Source of the DNA: Candidatus Latescibacterota bacterium
Lineage (GTDB): Bacteria > Latescibacterota > UBA2968 > GCA-2709665
DNA: 64,000 nucleotides
Assembly (NCBI GenBank): GCA_963667175.2
Contig: CAXXXF010000006.1
Coordinates: 224,001 to 288,000, forward strand
Direction: 5' to 3'
Shown here one piece after another: positions 10,322 to 20,311 of the stretch. The notes beneath the pieces were generated by a model. That model saw only the letters and a list, made by a program, of their open reading frames with translations. It did not search any database and was not told the origin of the DNA. Each line of letters begins with the position of its first letter. Position 1 is the stretch's first letter. Made by a program: the position numbers and the translations under genes.

Positions 10322-12202
10322 ATGTGGACCTACGATAAACACTACGACGTCATCGTTGTCGGCGCGGGGCACGCCGGGGCCGAGGCCGCGCTGGCAGGCG
10401 CGCGCATGGGGTGCAGCACCCTGCTGCTGACGATGAATCTGGATACGGTCGCCCAGATGTCCTGCAATCCGGCGGTTGGAGGTATCGCGAAGGGCCATAT
10501 GGTGCGTGAGATCGATGCTTTGGGCGGTGAAATGGCGCAGAACATCGACGCAACGGGTCTGCAGTTCCGTCTGCTGAATCGGAGCAAGGGGCCGGCCGTG
10601 CAGGCCCCCCGTGCGCAGGCCGACAAGAAGGCGTATCAGTTCCGCATGAAATACGTCGTGGAGAGTCAGCCGAATCTGGACCTCAAGCAGGGCCTCATCG
10701 AAGACCTGCTGGTAGACGAGGGACGCATAACGGGCATCCTCACCAGGTCCCGCACGATATTCCTGGGGCGGACGGTCATCCTGACCACGGGCACGTTCCT
10801 CAGGGGCCTGATCCACGTCGGTGACCGGTCGCACAGTGCCGGGCGGGCCGGGGAGCAATCCGCGGAACGGGCATCGGGCGGGCTTCAGCGCTTGGGGTTT
10901 GAGCTGGGCAGATTGAAGACAGGGACGCCGCCGCGGATCAATGCGCGCAGCGTCGATTACAGCGCTATGGACATCCAGCCCGGAGACGAGCATCCGTGCC
11001 CCTTCTCCTACCGGACCGAGGCCATCACGCAGGAACAGCTCAATTGCCACATAACCTGCACCACTCCGGCCACGCACGAGATCATCCGCCGGAACCTGGA
11101 TCGCTCGGCGATGTACAGCGGACGTATCCGGTCCGTGGGTCCACGATACTGCCCTTCGATCGAAGACAAAGTCGTCAGATTCGCAGACAGGCAAAAACAC
11201 CAGCTCTTTGTGGAGCCGGAAGGTTACGACACCCTGGAAGTCTACCTCAACGGGCTCTCAATGAGCCTTCCCGAAGACGTCCAGGTCGAGGTTGTCCGCA
11301 GCGTTCCCGGCCTGGAAAAAGCGGAAATCATGCGGCCGGGCTATGCTGTCGAATACGACTATGTCCCGCCTACGCAGATCCTTCCCACCCTGGAAACCAA
11401 ACCGGTCCGGCGGCTGTATTTCGCGGGTCAAATCAACGGCACCACGGGCTACGAGGAAGCGGCCGGACAGGGTCTGATGGCGGGCGTCAATGCCGCATTG
11501 CGCGTCCGCAACGAAGACGCGCTCGTTCTGGACCGCGCCCAGGCCTATATAGGCGTACTGATCGACGACCTCACGACCAAGGGTACCGATGAGCCGTACC
11601 GGATGTTCACGTCACTGGCGGAGTACCGACTGCTGCTGAGACACGACAACGCCGACCTTCGCCTGACCGAAATCGGCCGCAAGATCGGGCTGATTTCCGA
11701 CAGTGCGTACAACTCCTACAGACGTCGCACGGAAGCGATCGCCGCCGAACAGCGCCGCCTGAGAAGGGTAAGAGTCAAGCCATCGAGCCGGGTTCAGCAG
11801 TACCTTCGGGAAGCGGGTACAACCCCTCTCGCTCAGGCCGCGCCGCTGATCGACCTGTTGCGCCGACCCCAGCTCGACTATCGGTTTGTGCAGGACGTGG
11901 CGCCGCCTCCCGAACCGCTGCCTCCCGACGTATGCCAATCCGTTGAGGTGGAACTCAAGTACGAAGGGTACATCCGACGGCAGGAAACGCAGGTTGCCAG
12001 GTTTCAGGATCTGGAGGCAAGGCGTCTTCCCGAAGACATCAACTACCTGGACCTTCCCGCCATCTCCCGCGAAGCCGCCGAAAAGCTCTCGCTGGTACGC
12101 CCCCGCTCCCTGGGTCAGGCGTCCCGAATTCCGGGCGTTTCACCCGCGGACATTTCCGCCCTGCAGGTCATCCTGAGAGCCCGTGCCCGAGGCGCGGCAT
12201 GA
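10322..12202 (+). CDS. mnmG: tRNA uridine-5-carboxymethylaminomethyl synthesis enzyme MnmG
   Basis: VGAGHAGAEAA, MSCNPAVGG, GPRYCPSIEDK, AGQINGTTGYEEAA. Confidence 0.97.
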   Translation: MWTYDKHYDVIVVGAGHAGAEAALAGARMGCSTLLLTMNLDTVAQMSCNPAVGGIAKGHMVREIDALGGEMAQNIDATGLQFRLLNRSKGPAVQAPRAQADKKAYQFRMKYVVESQPNLDLKQGLIEDLLVDEGRITGILTRSRTIFLGRTVILTTGTFLRGLIHVGDRSHSAGRAGEQSAERASGGLQRLGFELGRLKTGTPPRINARSVDYSAMDIQPGDEHPCPFSYRTEAITQEQLNCHITCTTPATHEIIRRNLDRSAMYSGRIRSVGPRYCPSIEDKVVRFADRQKHQLFVEPEGYDTLEVYLNGLSMSLPEDVQVEVVRSVPGLEKAEIMRPGYAVEYDYVPPTQILPTLETKPVRRLYFAGQINGTTGYEEAAGQGLMAGVNAALRVRNEDALVLDRAQAYIGVLIDDLTTKGTDEPYRMFTSLAEYRLLLRHDNADLRLTEIGRKIGLISDSAYNSYRRRTEAIAAEQRRLRRVRVKPSSRVQQYLREAGTTPLAQAAPLIDLLRRPQLDYRFVQDVAPPPEPLPPDVCQSVEVELKYEGYIRRQETQVARFQDLEARRLPEDINYLDLPAISREAAEKLSLVRPRSLGQASRIPGVSPADISALQVILRARARGAA

Positions 12203-13059
12203 CGATTGGCGCGACGCAGGTACAGGCCATTCTCTCGCTGCTGGCCGACCGTGACGCCGAGATCGTTGACATCGTCCGGAACAAAATGTTCAACATGGGC
12301 GAGCCGGTTGTCCGAATGATTCTGGATGCGGCGCCGAAAGGGTCGCCTGCGCAACGGGAAGCGGGCAGGATTCTGTTGTGCCTTAAGGATCCTCCGCTGG
12401 AGACACAGATTCGGAATCTGCAGGAGAGCCCCGCAGGCGACGTCGACCTGGAAACAGCGTCGTTTACCCTGGCCAAGCTCGCGTATCCCGCCATCGACGT
12501 CCGGCAGTACCGAAGTCGGCTCAACAAGATGGCGGGCGACCTGGCACTCTCGATCGCCCCCGACGACCATCCGCTTCGGGTGATTCAGACCCTGAACCAA
12601 TACATCTTCGAGTCACAGGGATTCCGAGGCCACAAAAACGAACCCGTCGGTCCCGACGCCAGTTACATGAACCGGGTTCTGGATCGGAAGACGGGCCTTC
12701 CCATCTCGATATCGGCGCTATACATTTTTCTGGCCCGCCGGCTTGATCTTCCGATCTTCGGTGTGAGTATGCCCATACACTTTATCGCAAAGTACAAGTC
12801 GACCGACGGCATGGTGTACCTGTTCGATCCCTTCAACAAGGGGAGGCTCATGACCGCAAATGAATGCGCGGAATTCCTCTCGCGGTTCGACGTGGCATTC
12901 GAGCCAACCATGCTGCGCCAGTCATCCGACCGGCAGATTCTTACGCGTATGATGCTCAACCTCTGCGCCGCCTACAGAAATCAAGAAGACACGCGAAGGG
13001 TCGACTCGCTCCGGCGTCTGGTTCGGATTCTGCTCAAGCGTTCTCCGTTGCAGGAGTAA
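12199..13059 (+). CDS. SirB1/transglutaminase-like family protein
   Basis: SYMNRVLDRKTGLPISISALY, MPIHF, FDPFNKG; ATGA overlap with mnmG. Confidence 0.8.
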   Translation: MTIGATQVQAILSLLADRDAEIVDIVRNKMFNMGEPVVRMILDAAPKGSPAQREAGRILLCLKDPPLETQIRNLQESPAGDVDLETASFTLAKLAYPAIDVRQYRSRLNKMAGDLALSIAPDDHPLRVIQTLNQYIFESQGFRGHKNEPVGPDASYMNRVLDRKTGLPISISALYIFLARRLDLPIFGVSMPIHFIAKYKSTDGMVYLFDPFNKGRLMTANECAEFLSRFDVAFEPTMLRQSSDRQILTRMMLNLCAAYRNQEDTRRVDSLRRLVRILLKRSPLQE

Positions 13060-13138
13060 CCGATTCCTTCAGTTCCGGATTATCCGGCCGGACGTTCCCG
13101 AATCGAAGGGAGCCCGCGTCCGTCGCAGTGCTCGCCTC

Positions 13139-13612
13139 ATGTCAGAAAACATCAGAATTGTCGCGAAGAACCGCAAAGCCGGACGAGACTATTTTTTCGT
13201 TGACGGCTACGAAGCCGGTATCGAGCTCAAAGGCACTGAGGTGAAGTCGCTGCGCCTCGGCAACGCAAGTATGGCGGACTGCTATGCTCGCGTGGAAGAC
13301 GGCGAGGTCTACCTGCACAACCTCCACGTCGGTGAATACACCGAGGCCAACCGCTTCAATCACGATCCTGTCCGCAAACGCCGGCTGCTGCTTCACAGAT
13401 ACGAAATCGACCGGCTTAGGGTCCGTACCGAAGAAAAGGGGCTGACACTGGTCGCCGTAAGGCTCTACTTCAAACGCGGCAGAGCCAAGGTCGAACTTGC
13501 CCTCGCCAGGGGCAAACGCGAATACGACCGACGCCGCGAGATTTCCAAACGCGACGTACAACGTGAGATGCGACGAGAACTCAAGGCACGGCAACCCGGA
13601 TCCGGAGGCTAG
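13139..13612 (+). CDS. smpB: SsrA-binding protein
   Basis: NRKA..DY, EAGIELKGTEVKSLR, R.R.LLLH, GKREYDRR. Confidence 0.97.
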   Translation: MSENIRIVAKNRKAGRDYFFVDGYEAGIELKGTEVKSLRLGNASMADCYARVEDGEVYLHNLHVGEYTEANRFNHDPVRKRRLLLHRYEIDRLRVRTEEKGLTLVAVRLYFKRGRAKVELALARGKREYDRRREISKRDVQREMRRELKARQPGSGG

Positions 13613-13633
13613 CCGGCTCTGTCGTGAACGTCC

Positions 13634-13783
13634 ATGAATGATGTGGCGTTGGGTTTTATCTCCAACCCCCGGGAAGAGAATCAGATGCGGAAACCGCCGT
13701 TTCAGCGTGACATGGCCGAAGCGATCTTCAGGGGCATACGAAACTTCAAACACCGATATGAGCGACAACTCACCCGGAACTGA
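13634..13783 (+). pseudogene. C-terminal remnant of N-acetylmuramoyl-L-alanine amidase (Amidase_3)
   Basis: 49-aa frame MNDVALGFISNPREENQMRKPPFQRDMAEAIFRGIRNFKHRYERQLTRN resembles the GFISN..EE......Q...A.AI..GI end of AmiA/B/C; rest of the domain absent. Confidence 0.65.
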
Positions 13784-13790
13784 TCCGTCG

Positions 13791-14651
13791 ATGCGAATCG
13801 AGCTTCCCCGCAACGACCCGGGATACTACTATGATCCCAGGGTCACGGCCGGTCTCCACGGAGAAATCAGACTCTCTCCCAGGGTCGAGCGGCATTGCCG
13901 GTGTGGCGGCAAGCCTCCGTATCAGACGTTTCAACGGCCGGACGCCAGGCCGGCCTGGTGTCCATGTCGGCGCTACCGGATGCAAATACACGAGATCAAC
14001 CGGCTGATCGGAAACTCCGGCGTTCCCGGGCCGTTTCGATATAAATTCCTGGACGATTTCTACGAGAGTTACGATGGAAAACCGATTGGGGGCGCGAAAC
14101 AGCTCAAACGCCAGTTACGCAGCCTCATCGGGAAAGTCCGCAATTCGAACACATCGCCCGATAAGGACGCACAGGCGGTTGCCGTCCAACCGATAAGGGG
14201 GTACTTTCTCACGGGCAAGCCCGGTGTCGGAAAGACCTACTTCTCATATGTCGCGCTCAACGAGCTCATCTTTCACTCGGGGCGCCCAGGGAAATTCATC
14301 AGCCTGTCAAAAGCATTCTTCCAGACGCTTCGATTCGCGTTTGATGAAAGCAGTCCCATGCACGGTAAGTCCGAGGCTTTCTTGCGTACCCTCGGAAACA
14401 TTCCATTTCTGGTCATCGACGACTTCGGCGTGCAGCGAAATACGGAATGGGAGCTGGAAATGCTCTACAACCTGGTGGATACGCGATATGCAAACCGGCG
14501 ATTCACGATTGTAACCACCAACCAGGACATTGAGAACGTGAGAGACCTGGCTGAAGGCAGGCTCTATTCGAGATTTATCGAAATGTGTTACGTCATCCGC
14601 ATCACTGCGTCGGACTTCCGGGAACACGCCCGGAAGGAATTCGAAATATGA
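13791..14651 (+). CDS. DnaC/IstB-like AAA+ ATPase with N-terminal Cys motif
   Basis: CRC...CPC, Walker A GKPGVGKT, Walker B LVIDDFG, LYNLVDTRY, TIVTTN, RLYSRF.EM; ATG 13791 follows the amidase remnant. Confidence 0.82.
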   Translation: MRIELPRNDPGYYYDPRVTAGLHGEIRLSPRVERHCRCGGKPPYQTFQRPDARPAWCPCRRYRMQIHEINRLIGNSGVPGPFRYKFLDDFYESYDGKPIGGAKQLKRQLRSLIGKVRNSNTSPDKDAQAVAVQPIRGYFLTGKPGVGKTYFSYVALNELIFHSGRPGKFISLSKAFFQTLRFAFDESSPMHGKSEAFLRTLGNIPFLVIDDFGVQRNTEWELEMLYNLVDTRYANRRFTIVTTNQDIENVRDLAEGRLYSRFIEMCYVIRITASDFREHARKEFEI

Positions 14652-14724
14652 GATCCGTGTTCGCGCGTGGTCGGTTCGTCAGACCAAAAAACCGTTTCGA
14701 AGGATTCAACTCAGGTACAGGCTT

Positions 14725-15318
14725 GTGACGTCGCGCGTGGTGGTCGCCACGAAAAATCCCGGCAAGCTCAGAGAGATCCGTGAAATACTGGGTTCGAAAG
14801 TCCGGCTTCTTACTCTGGCCGACTTCCCTGACATCGGGGAAATTGTGGAGGACGGCAGGACTTTCGAGGCCAACGCCAAAAAAAAAGCGCTTTCAGTCGC
14901 CTTGCGTACAGGCCGCGTCTCTCTCGCCGACGACTCGGGCCTGGAGGTTGACGCGCTCGATGGGGCGCCGGGTGTTTACTCCGCGCGATTCGCGGGCGAA
15001 GAAGCCACCGACGAGCAGAACAACGGCAAGCTTCTCAGGCTTCTCGAAGACACACCGGACGCGGAACGTACGGCCCGTTTCCGATGCGTAATCGCTGTCG
15101 GCGCGCCAGACGGCGCCGTCCGGACGGCCGAGGGCACGGCCGAGGGGAGGATTCTTAGGGGCCCGCGTGGAACAGGCGGATTCGGGTACGATTCCCTGTT
15201 TCTGGCTTCCTCGGTCGGGCGGACGTTTGCCGAATTGCCGCCGGAAGAAAAAAACAGGCTCAGTCATCGGGGAAACGCCTTGAGGACGGCGCTTCCTCTC
15301 TTGCGGAAGAACCTCTGA
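14725..15318 (+). CDS. rdgB: non-canonical purine NTP pyrophosphatase (Ham1)
   Basis: ATKNPGK, ADDSGLEVDAL.GAPGVYSAR, GFGYD, SHRG. Confidence 0.95.
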   Translation: MTSRVVVATKNPGKLREIREILGSKVRLLTLADFPDIGEIVEDGRTFEANAKKKALSVALRTGRVSLADDSGLEVDALDGAPGVYSARFAGEEATDEQNNGKLLRLLEDTPDAERTARFRCVIAVGAPDGAVRTAEGTAEGRILRGPRGTGGFGYDSLFLASSVGRTFAELPPEEKNRLSHRGNALRTALPLLRKNL

Positions 15319-15362
15319 ATCGGAAGTATCGAAGGCCAGGCGCGGCGACTGGCCCGCCGCTT

Positions 15363-15450
15363 TAAAGTCCGTTGAATAAGCCGCCCTGCGGGCGAGGCCG
15401 AGTCATTGTGGCCGGACGCAGCACGGATGGGCATTTTCAACGGGCTGTCA
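15363..15450. mobile_element. MITE-like repeat, copy 1
   Basis: Imperfect terminal inverted repeats AGTCCGTTGAA...TTCAACGGGCT; internal GGCGAGGCCGAGTCATTGTGGCCG identical to 47875-48000. Confidence 0.65.
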
Positions 15451-15663
15451 ATCCGTTTCCGATTTGTCGACGTTTGAGCGGCGTTGATACCGCCTCACCC
15501 GCCGCGCGAAGATCCAGACCAGCCCCACCACCGCCAGGTATTTCAAACCTTCCCACACCCACCCCTCCCATCCAAGAATCACCGGCCAGAGCGCGAATAT
15601 CGACAGCAGGATGAACAAGTCCTCCAGCGCAACCCAGATGCGGCGTTCGTTGCCGCTTGACAT
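15448..15663 (-). CDS. small two-helix membrane protein
   Basis: 71 aa, two hydrophobic segments; GGGAGG RBS; starts right after the slt stop. Confidence 0.7.
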   Translation of the reverse strand: MSSGNERRIWVALEDLFILLSIFALWPVILGWEGWVWEGLKYLAVVGLVWIFARRVRRYQRRSNVDKSETD

Positions 15664-15667
15664 GGAT

Positions 15668-17848
15668 CTATCCTCCCGCGTCGGTTTCCTGCTGCAGATA
15701 GGAATACACCTGATAATTGCGATACACCAGCTTCACGTAATTGCGAGTCTCCCGGTACGGAATGCTCTCAACGAACTCATCCACGTCGTGCGCAGGGAGC
15801 CGTGCCGACCATTTCCGCGCCACTTCCAATCCCGCGTTGTATGCCGATAAGGCCAGGCCCAACTGTCTGTCTTTGCTGCGCCTGAAATATCGGAAATGAT
15901 CGGCCAGATGTCTTGCGCCCAGCCGAATGGACGTATGGGGGTCCCACAGATCTTCCGTAGTGAATCCTTCGAGACGCAGCTTGCGCGCCACCTGGCGTCC
16001 CGTGGCCGGCATGACCTGCATCAACCCGCGGGCGCCCGCCCTCGACAATGCCATTTCATCAAACGCGCTTTCCTGTCGGATAATTGCAATGACCAGATTC
16101 GGGTCGAGCCCGAGTTCCTGAGCGGCCCGGCTGATCTCGCCCCAGTAGTAGGTCGGATACAGTCGGCGAAATGACGTCAACGATATCGCCACGCCCTGTT
16201 CGCGTTCCAGATTGAGGATCCGGCCGGATATCCGAAACGCCTGGTTCATCGCGCCAACGCGTTCAAACCGCCGCTGCAATTCACTCAGCGCGAAAATCTC
16301 CCGTCTGTGCGCCCATCCCGCGTGTCTGTATTCCTGTTCTGCTTCATCATAGAGGCCCAGATCGGCCAACCTGTCTCCCTTGAGCAGGTACGGTGACGGC
16401 ACGTAGGTGCGCTGCGCACCCTCGGGCGCCGGCGACGCCGGCGCCCGAGGGTGCGTTCTGTCTTTCCGCGCCAGAGACGCGCGCGCGCGGGAACTGTAGT
16501 ACGAGGTTGGAAAGCCGGCCGCAGCCTGCCGAATCCAATCGGCGCCCAACGCCTTCCGTCCTGCCCGTTGATAGGACTTGCCGGCCCAATAGTAGCCCTG
16601 GTCGCGCATGTAATGCTCCGGCGTCTCCTCCGCCAGTTTCTGAAAGACGCGGGCCGCATTCTCGAATCGTCCCAGACCGTAGAGCGCATAGCCAGCGCGC
16701 CATCTGGCGCGATCCGCAAGATGGCTGCGCGGATACCGATCGGCCAGATTCAGGAATACCTCGCGCGCCTTCGTGCGCCTGCCCCTGCGTTCATTAGCCA
16801 TTGCGGCCTGCCAGAGCGCCTCGGCAGCCCCGGGCGTTGCGGGATACTGGCGCGCGAAGGACTGAAACCGCCCGGCCGCTTTCAAATCGAGCCCCAGCTT
16901 CACGTAACAGCGCCCGAGGTGAAATAACGCCTTCGGCGTCCGGTACCGGCGATGCGCTTCCCGGAATGCCCGCTCCGCGGTACGGTAGTCCCTTTGCTTG
17001 TAGTGGGTCAGCCCCAGTTCCAGCTGCGCACGACCCTGCCATGCGGCATCATGCGACTCCCTGACGACCCGTCGAAGAATCCTGGCGGACTGGCGAAACC
17101 GCCCATGCGCTGCATACGCCACGGCCGCGTAAACCTGTTCCTGTACCGATCGCAATTGCCCGACCGAATCCAATGCGTCGACCGCCTCGCGCGACCCGGG
17201 GTGATCCCGCACGAGGCGCAGCCGGATTCGCCTGGCGTCCGCCGAATCTCCCACGGCCTCCAATGCGCCTGCAAGACCCGAGAGCGCTCTCACCGCGTGA
17301 CGACTCTCGTCCGGCAGTCGCCGGTACATCCCTGCGGCTTCCCGCGCCCGTCGCGTCTGCAGATAGAGTTCGGCCGTCTGAATCGCCGCGTCTTCAAACA
17401 GCCGGCCCGACGGCCGCCTGTCTACGGCACGTGTAAAATACACGAGTGCACTGTCTGCCCGTCCGAGCCCCCGGTGGCATTCGGCCTGCCAGAAATCCAA
17501 ATAATCACGAATCCCCTCAGACGCGTTCTTTGCCGCGCGGAATCCGGCAAGAGCATCTTCGAATCGTCCAAGCTCCTTCAAACACAGGGCGCGCTGAAGT
17601 CCCGCCCTGCGAGTCGCCCAATCGTCCATTTCGGCCTTATCCATACGGGACAGCACATGCAGCGCGTTCCGGAACGCCCCACGTGAGATCAGGGTCTCGG
17701 CAACCGTCAGCCGCCCCAGACGCACGCCCCTGCCGAGAGGTCGAGGGACCGCCAGGACAGCCGCAGCCACAAGCGCCACGGTCGTTCCGGCAAGCCACAC
17801 CTCGCTCAACCTGAACCGGACCGGGGCATTCTTGAATTTGGAATTCAT
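15668..17848 (-). CDS. TPR-containing soluble lytic murein transglycosylase (Slt-like)
   Basis: IIRQESAF, GARGLMQVMP, AYNAG, ESIPYRETRNYVK; N-terminal TPRs and membrane anchor. Confidence 0.9.
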   Translation of the reverse strand: MNSKFKNAPVRFRLSEVWLAGTTVALVAAAVLAVPRPLGRGVRLGRLTVAETLISRGAFRNALHVLSRMDKAEMDDWATRRAGLQRALCLKELGRFEDALAGFRAAKNASEGIRDYLDFWQAECHRGLGRADSALVYFTRAVDRRPSGRLFEDAAIQTAELYLQTRRAREAAGMYRRLPDESRHAVRALSGLAGALEAVGDSADARRIRLRLVRDHPGSREAVDALDSVGQLRSVQEQVYAAVAYAAHGRFRQSARILRRVVRESHDAAWQGRAQLELGLTHYKQRDYRTAERAFREAHRRYRTPKALFHLGRCYVKLGLDLKAAGRFQSFARQYPATPGAAEALWQAAMANERRGRRTKAREVFLNLADRYPRSHLADRARWRAGYALYGLGRFENAARVFQKLAEETPEHYMRDQGYYWAGKSYQRAGRKALGADWIRQAAAGFPTSYYSSRARASLARKDRTHPRAPASPAPEGAQRTYVPSPYLLKGDRLADLGLYDEAEQEYRHAGWAHRREIFALSELQRRFERVGAMNQAFRISGRILNLEREQGVAISLTSFRRLYPTYYWGEISRAAQELGLDPNLVIAIIRQESAFDEMALSRAGARGLMQVMPATGRQVARKLRLEGFTTEDLWDPHTSIRLGARHLADHFRYFRRSKDRQLGLALSAYNAGLEVARKWSARLPAHDVDEFVESIPYRETRNYVKLVYRNYQVYSYLQQETDAGG

Positions 17849-18066
17849 GGCGGATGGACAACGGATGACATCTCAGGCGCGGACGTGGCAATCGTCGACT
17901 CGAGCGCCTGAGGGCGCCGTTACGCCCGTGTTTCCTGACGACGTCGTTATTGGAATAACGACCTGAAATTCTCGATGACGGCCAGGACGCCGAAGTAGGT
18001 GAACACGAAGCCGCAAAGGACGTTCAGCATGACGAGAGCGGTATCAATGAAGGCAGCGGAAGAAGA

Positions 18067-19032
18067 TCACCTGACCGCGAACGGATTCCCCGGCGACCCG
18101 GTGGCGCCCTTCAGCCGCAGCGGCGCAAATACAAACGCAAACTCGTACACTTCGTCTGCCGCCAGACCGTCGAGGTCCAGATTCTCCAGAATATAGACCC
18201 CGTTACGCTGGATCAGCAACTCGTGGACCCGGAACGCACCGTCCGCGTCTTCACCGGGCACGGCCTCGACCGCCCACGTATCGGCGCCGACCATGACGAT
18301 CTTCCTCTCGAGCAGCCACCGGGCGGCTTCCAGCCCGATGCCCGGCTGGCCCGAGTTGTAGATCTCGTTGTCGACCATCCACAATTTTCCGTGGCCGGTC
18401 CGGATCAGCACGACGTCGCCCTCCGTGACCGCGACGGCCTGCTCTTTCAAGGCCCCCTCGATGTCGGCCGCGCTAATCACGTAGCCCACCTCCAGCCGCT
18501 CCAAACCCCTGTACTCCGCCACGTCCACGAGAACGCCACGGGTGAAGATTACACCGACGTTCTCGATGCCGAGTTTCTCCAGGCCGTAGGCCGTCCCGAC
18601 CTCTGACCGTGTAAATCCATTGTAGAAGACGTCCTGATCGCCCCTGCGCGTACCGATGTGACCCAGACCGTCGAACTGGGTCCCCACCTGTCCGATCTCA
18701 CCGCTGAACATCTCGTCGTACCAGATCAGCTGGTTCTCTCCGACCGGCCCGCCCGTTGGCGAACCCGGAATTGTCAGACTGTAGTGCCGGTTCCCGAAAA
18801 GCGGTATGCCGGGCTCGTACACCCGTCCGAGCTGGTAGGTCTTGCCCGTCCGGATCAATCTCGCCGCCGCCATTACCTTCTGGGGGGTCAGCCGGTTTGC
18901 CGCTCCCCGCTGATCTTCCGCGCCCCATTCCGAGGGCCACCATTTGTCTTCTTCCGCGCCTTGCTGCGCCATGGCCGGAGTCGTCGCGATCAGGCAACCG
19001 ACCAACAATACACACAGATTACGATTTCGCAT
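18067..19032 (-). CDS. cyclase family (KynB-like) metal-dependent hydrolase, secreted
   Basis: Signal peptide, WGAEDQRGAAN, GTQFDGLGH, RGVLVD, GDVVLIRTG, GATGSPGNP; AAGGAGG RBS. Confidence 0.88.
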   Translation of the reverse strand: MRNRNLCVLLVGCLIATTPAMAQQGAEEDKWWPSEWGAEDQRGAANRLTPQKVMAAARLIRTGKTYQLGRVYEPGIPLFGNRHYSLTIPGSPTGGPVGENQLIWYDEMFSGEIGQVGTQFDGLGHIGTRRGDQDVFYNGFTRSEVGTAYGLEKLGIENVGVIFTRGVLVDVAEYRGLERLEVGYVISAADIEGALKEQAVAVTEGDVVLIRTGHGKLWMVDNEIYNSGQPGIGLEAARWLLERKIVMVGADTWAVEAVPGEDADGAFRVHELLIQRNGVYILENLDLDGLAADEVYEFAFVFAPLRLKGATGSPGNPFAVR

Positions 19033-19254
19033 ACCCGCCTCCTTCAGGGCGTAGGGTTGACACGGTATCGGCGCACAGGTCGGATTATGATAATACCCCC
19101 AACGATCAAAGGCAAGGGCGGAATGCGTATATTGACCCGACAGACAGAAGCCTGTTGCGCCCGCAACAGAGGCATGCTATCTTGGGCGCTGTCTTCAACG
19201 CCGCCCCCGAAGCGCCGTGCCGACCCCCTGTCTTCGCTTTTACGAGGTCCGCCA

Positions 19255-20274
19255 ATGAAGACCGAAATCCTCGGCCGTACCGGCCTGGAGATCCCCATTG
19301 TGGGCCTGGGTACCGGCTTTATCGGCATCGCCGATCCCAATCGCGCGGCGGCGGAATACGACTTCATGGATACGTGGACCGTGGAACCGCCGGGACCTTC
19401 GGGCGTCGTGTCCGGGAAGTCAAGCCAGATGGACGTCGAGCTGGGAATTGCAACGGTGCACGCGGCGATCGAAGCGGGCTCCACGCTGATCGATACCGCC
19501 CCGCTGTACGGTTCAGGCAACAGCGAGTCCATCATCGGCGAGGCCCTCAGACAGCGACCCGACCTGGCAAAGCGGTGCACGGTAACCACAAAGGTGGGGC
19601 AGACGGCCGACGGGCGGGACTATTCCTACGACGCCGTCATGCGGCAGGTAGAGGAAAGCCGGCGCCGGCTCGGAATCGACGGTTTCGACGTTCTCTACAT
19701 TCACGATGCCATGGAAATTCCCGTTGAGGAAGTCATGGGCAGGCGCCGTGCCCTTGGCGCCCTTCGAAGGCTTCAGGATACGGGCGTCACGCGCTTTGTC
19801 GGCACCGCCGCCAACGACCCCTGCACCAACGCCTCGTACATCGAAACGGGGGAATTCGATGCCGCAGTCGTTCCCGATGCGCTCAGCCTGATCAATCAGC
19901 TTGCTGGCGAGCGCATCCTGCCCGCGGCGGTCACACACAACGTGGGGCTCGTGGTTGCCACGCCGGTTGAACGGGGACTGCTCGCCACCGGTCCCGTGAA
20001 GGGCATCAATTACCTGGCCCGAAATTTCAGCCGGTCCTGCGTGGATCACGTCTCGAAAATCCAGACTCTTTGCGCCAGACACGGGGTACCCATGGTTGCG
20101 GCAGCCCTTCAGTGGTGCACGCGCCATCCCCAGGTGGCCGCCACCATACCCGGCGCCCGTATCCCGGCAGAGGCCCGTGCGAACGCCGATGCCGGAGCGG
20201 CCGAAATACCCGAAGCGTTCTGGATGGAACTCGCCCCGCTCATCCGCCACTTTGAAGTGGTCGTGGACCGCTAG
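19255..20274 (+). CDS. aldo/keto reductase
   Basis: LGRTGL, IDTAPLYG.G.SE, TKVG, AALQW...HP.V...IPGA. Confidence 0.88.
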   Translation: MKTEILGRTGLEIPIVGLGTGFIGIADPNRAAAEYDFMDTWTVEPPGPSGVVSGKSSQMDVELGIATVHAAIEAGSTLIDTAPLYGSGNSESIIGEALRQRPDLAKRCTVTTKVGQTADGRDYSYDAVMRQVEESRRRLGIDGFDVLYIHDAMEIPVEEVMGRRRALGALRRLQDTGVTRFVGTAANDPCTNASYIETGEFDAAVVPDALSLINQLAGERILPAAVTHNVGLVVATPVERGLLATGPVKGINYLARNFSRSCVDHVSKIQTLCARHGVPMVAAALQWCTRHPQVAATIPGARIPAEARANADAGAAEIPEAFWMELAPLIRHFEVVVDR

Positions 20275-20311
20275 CGCGCGGACAACCGAAAAATCCGCGG
20301 ATGTTCAGTTT

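Noticed and set aside
13139-13633. tmRNA (ssrA) next to smpB
   Set aside because: No tRNA-like GGGG...CCACCA ends seen in the flanks.
13638-14651. IS21 element suggested by the IstB-like ATPase
   Set aside because: No IstA transposase, terminal repeats or target duplication nearby; the ORF-track N-terminal extension overlaps the amidase remnant.
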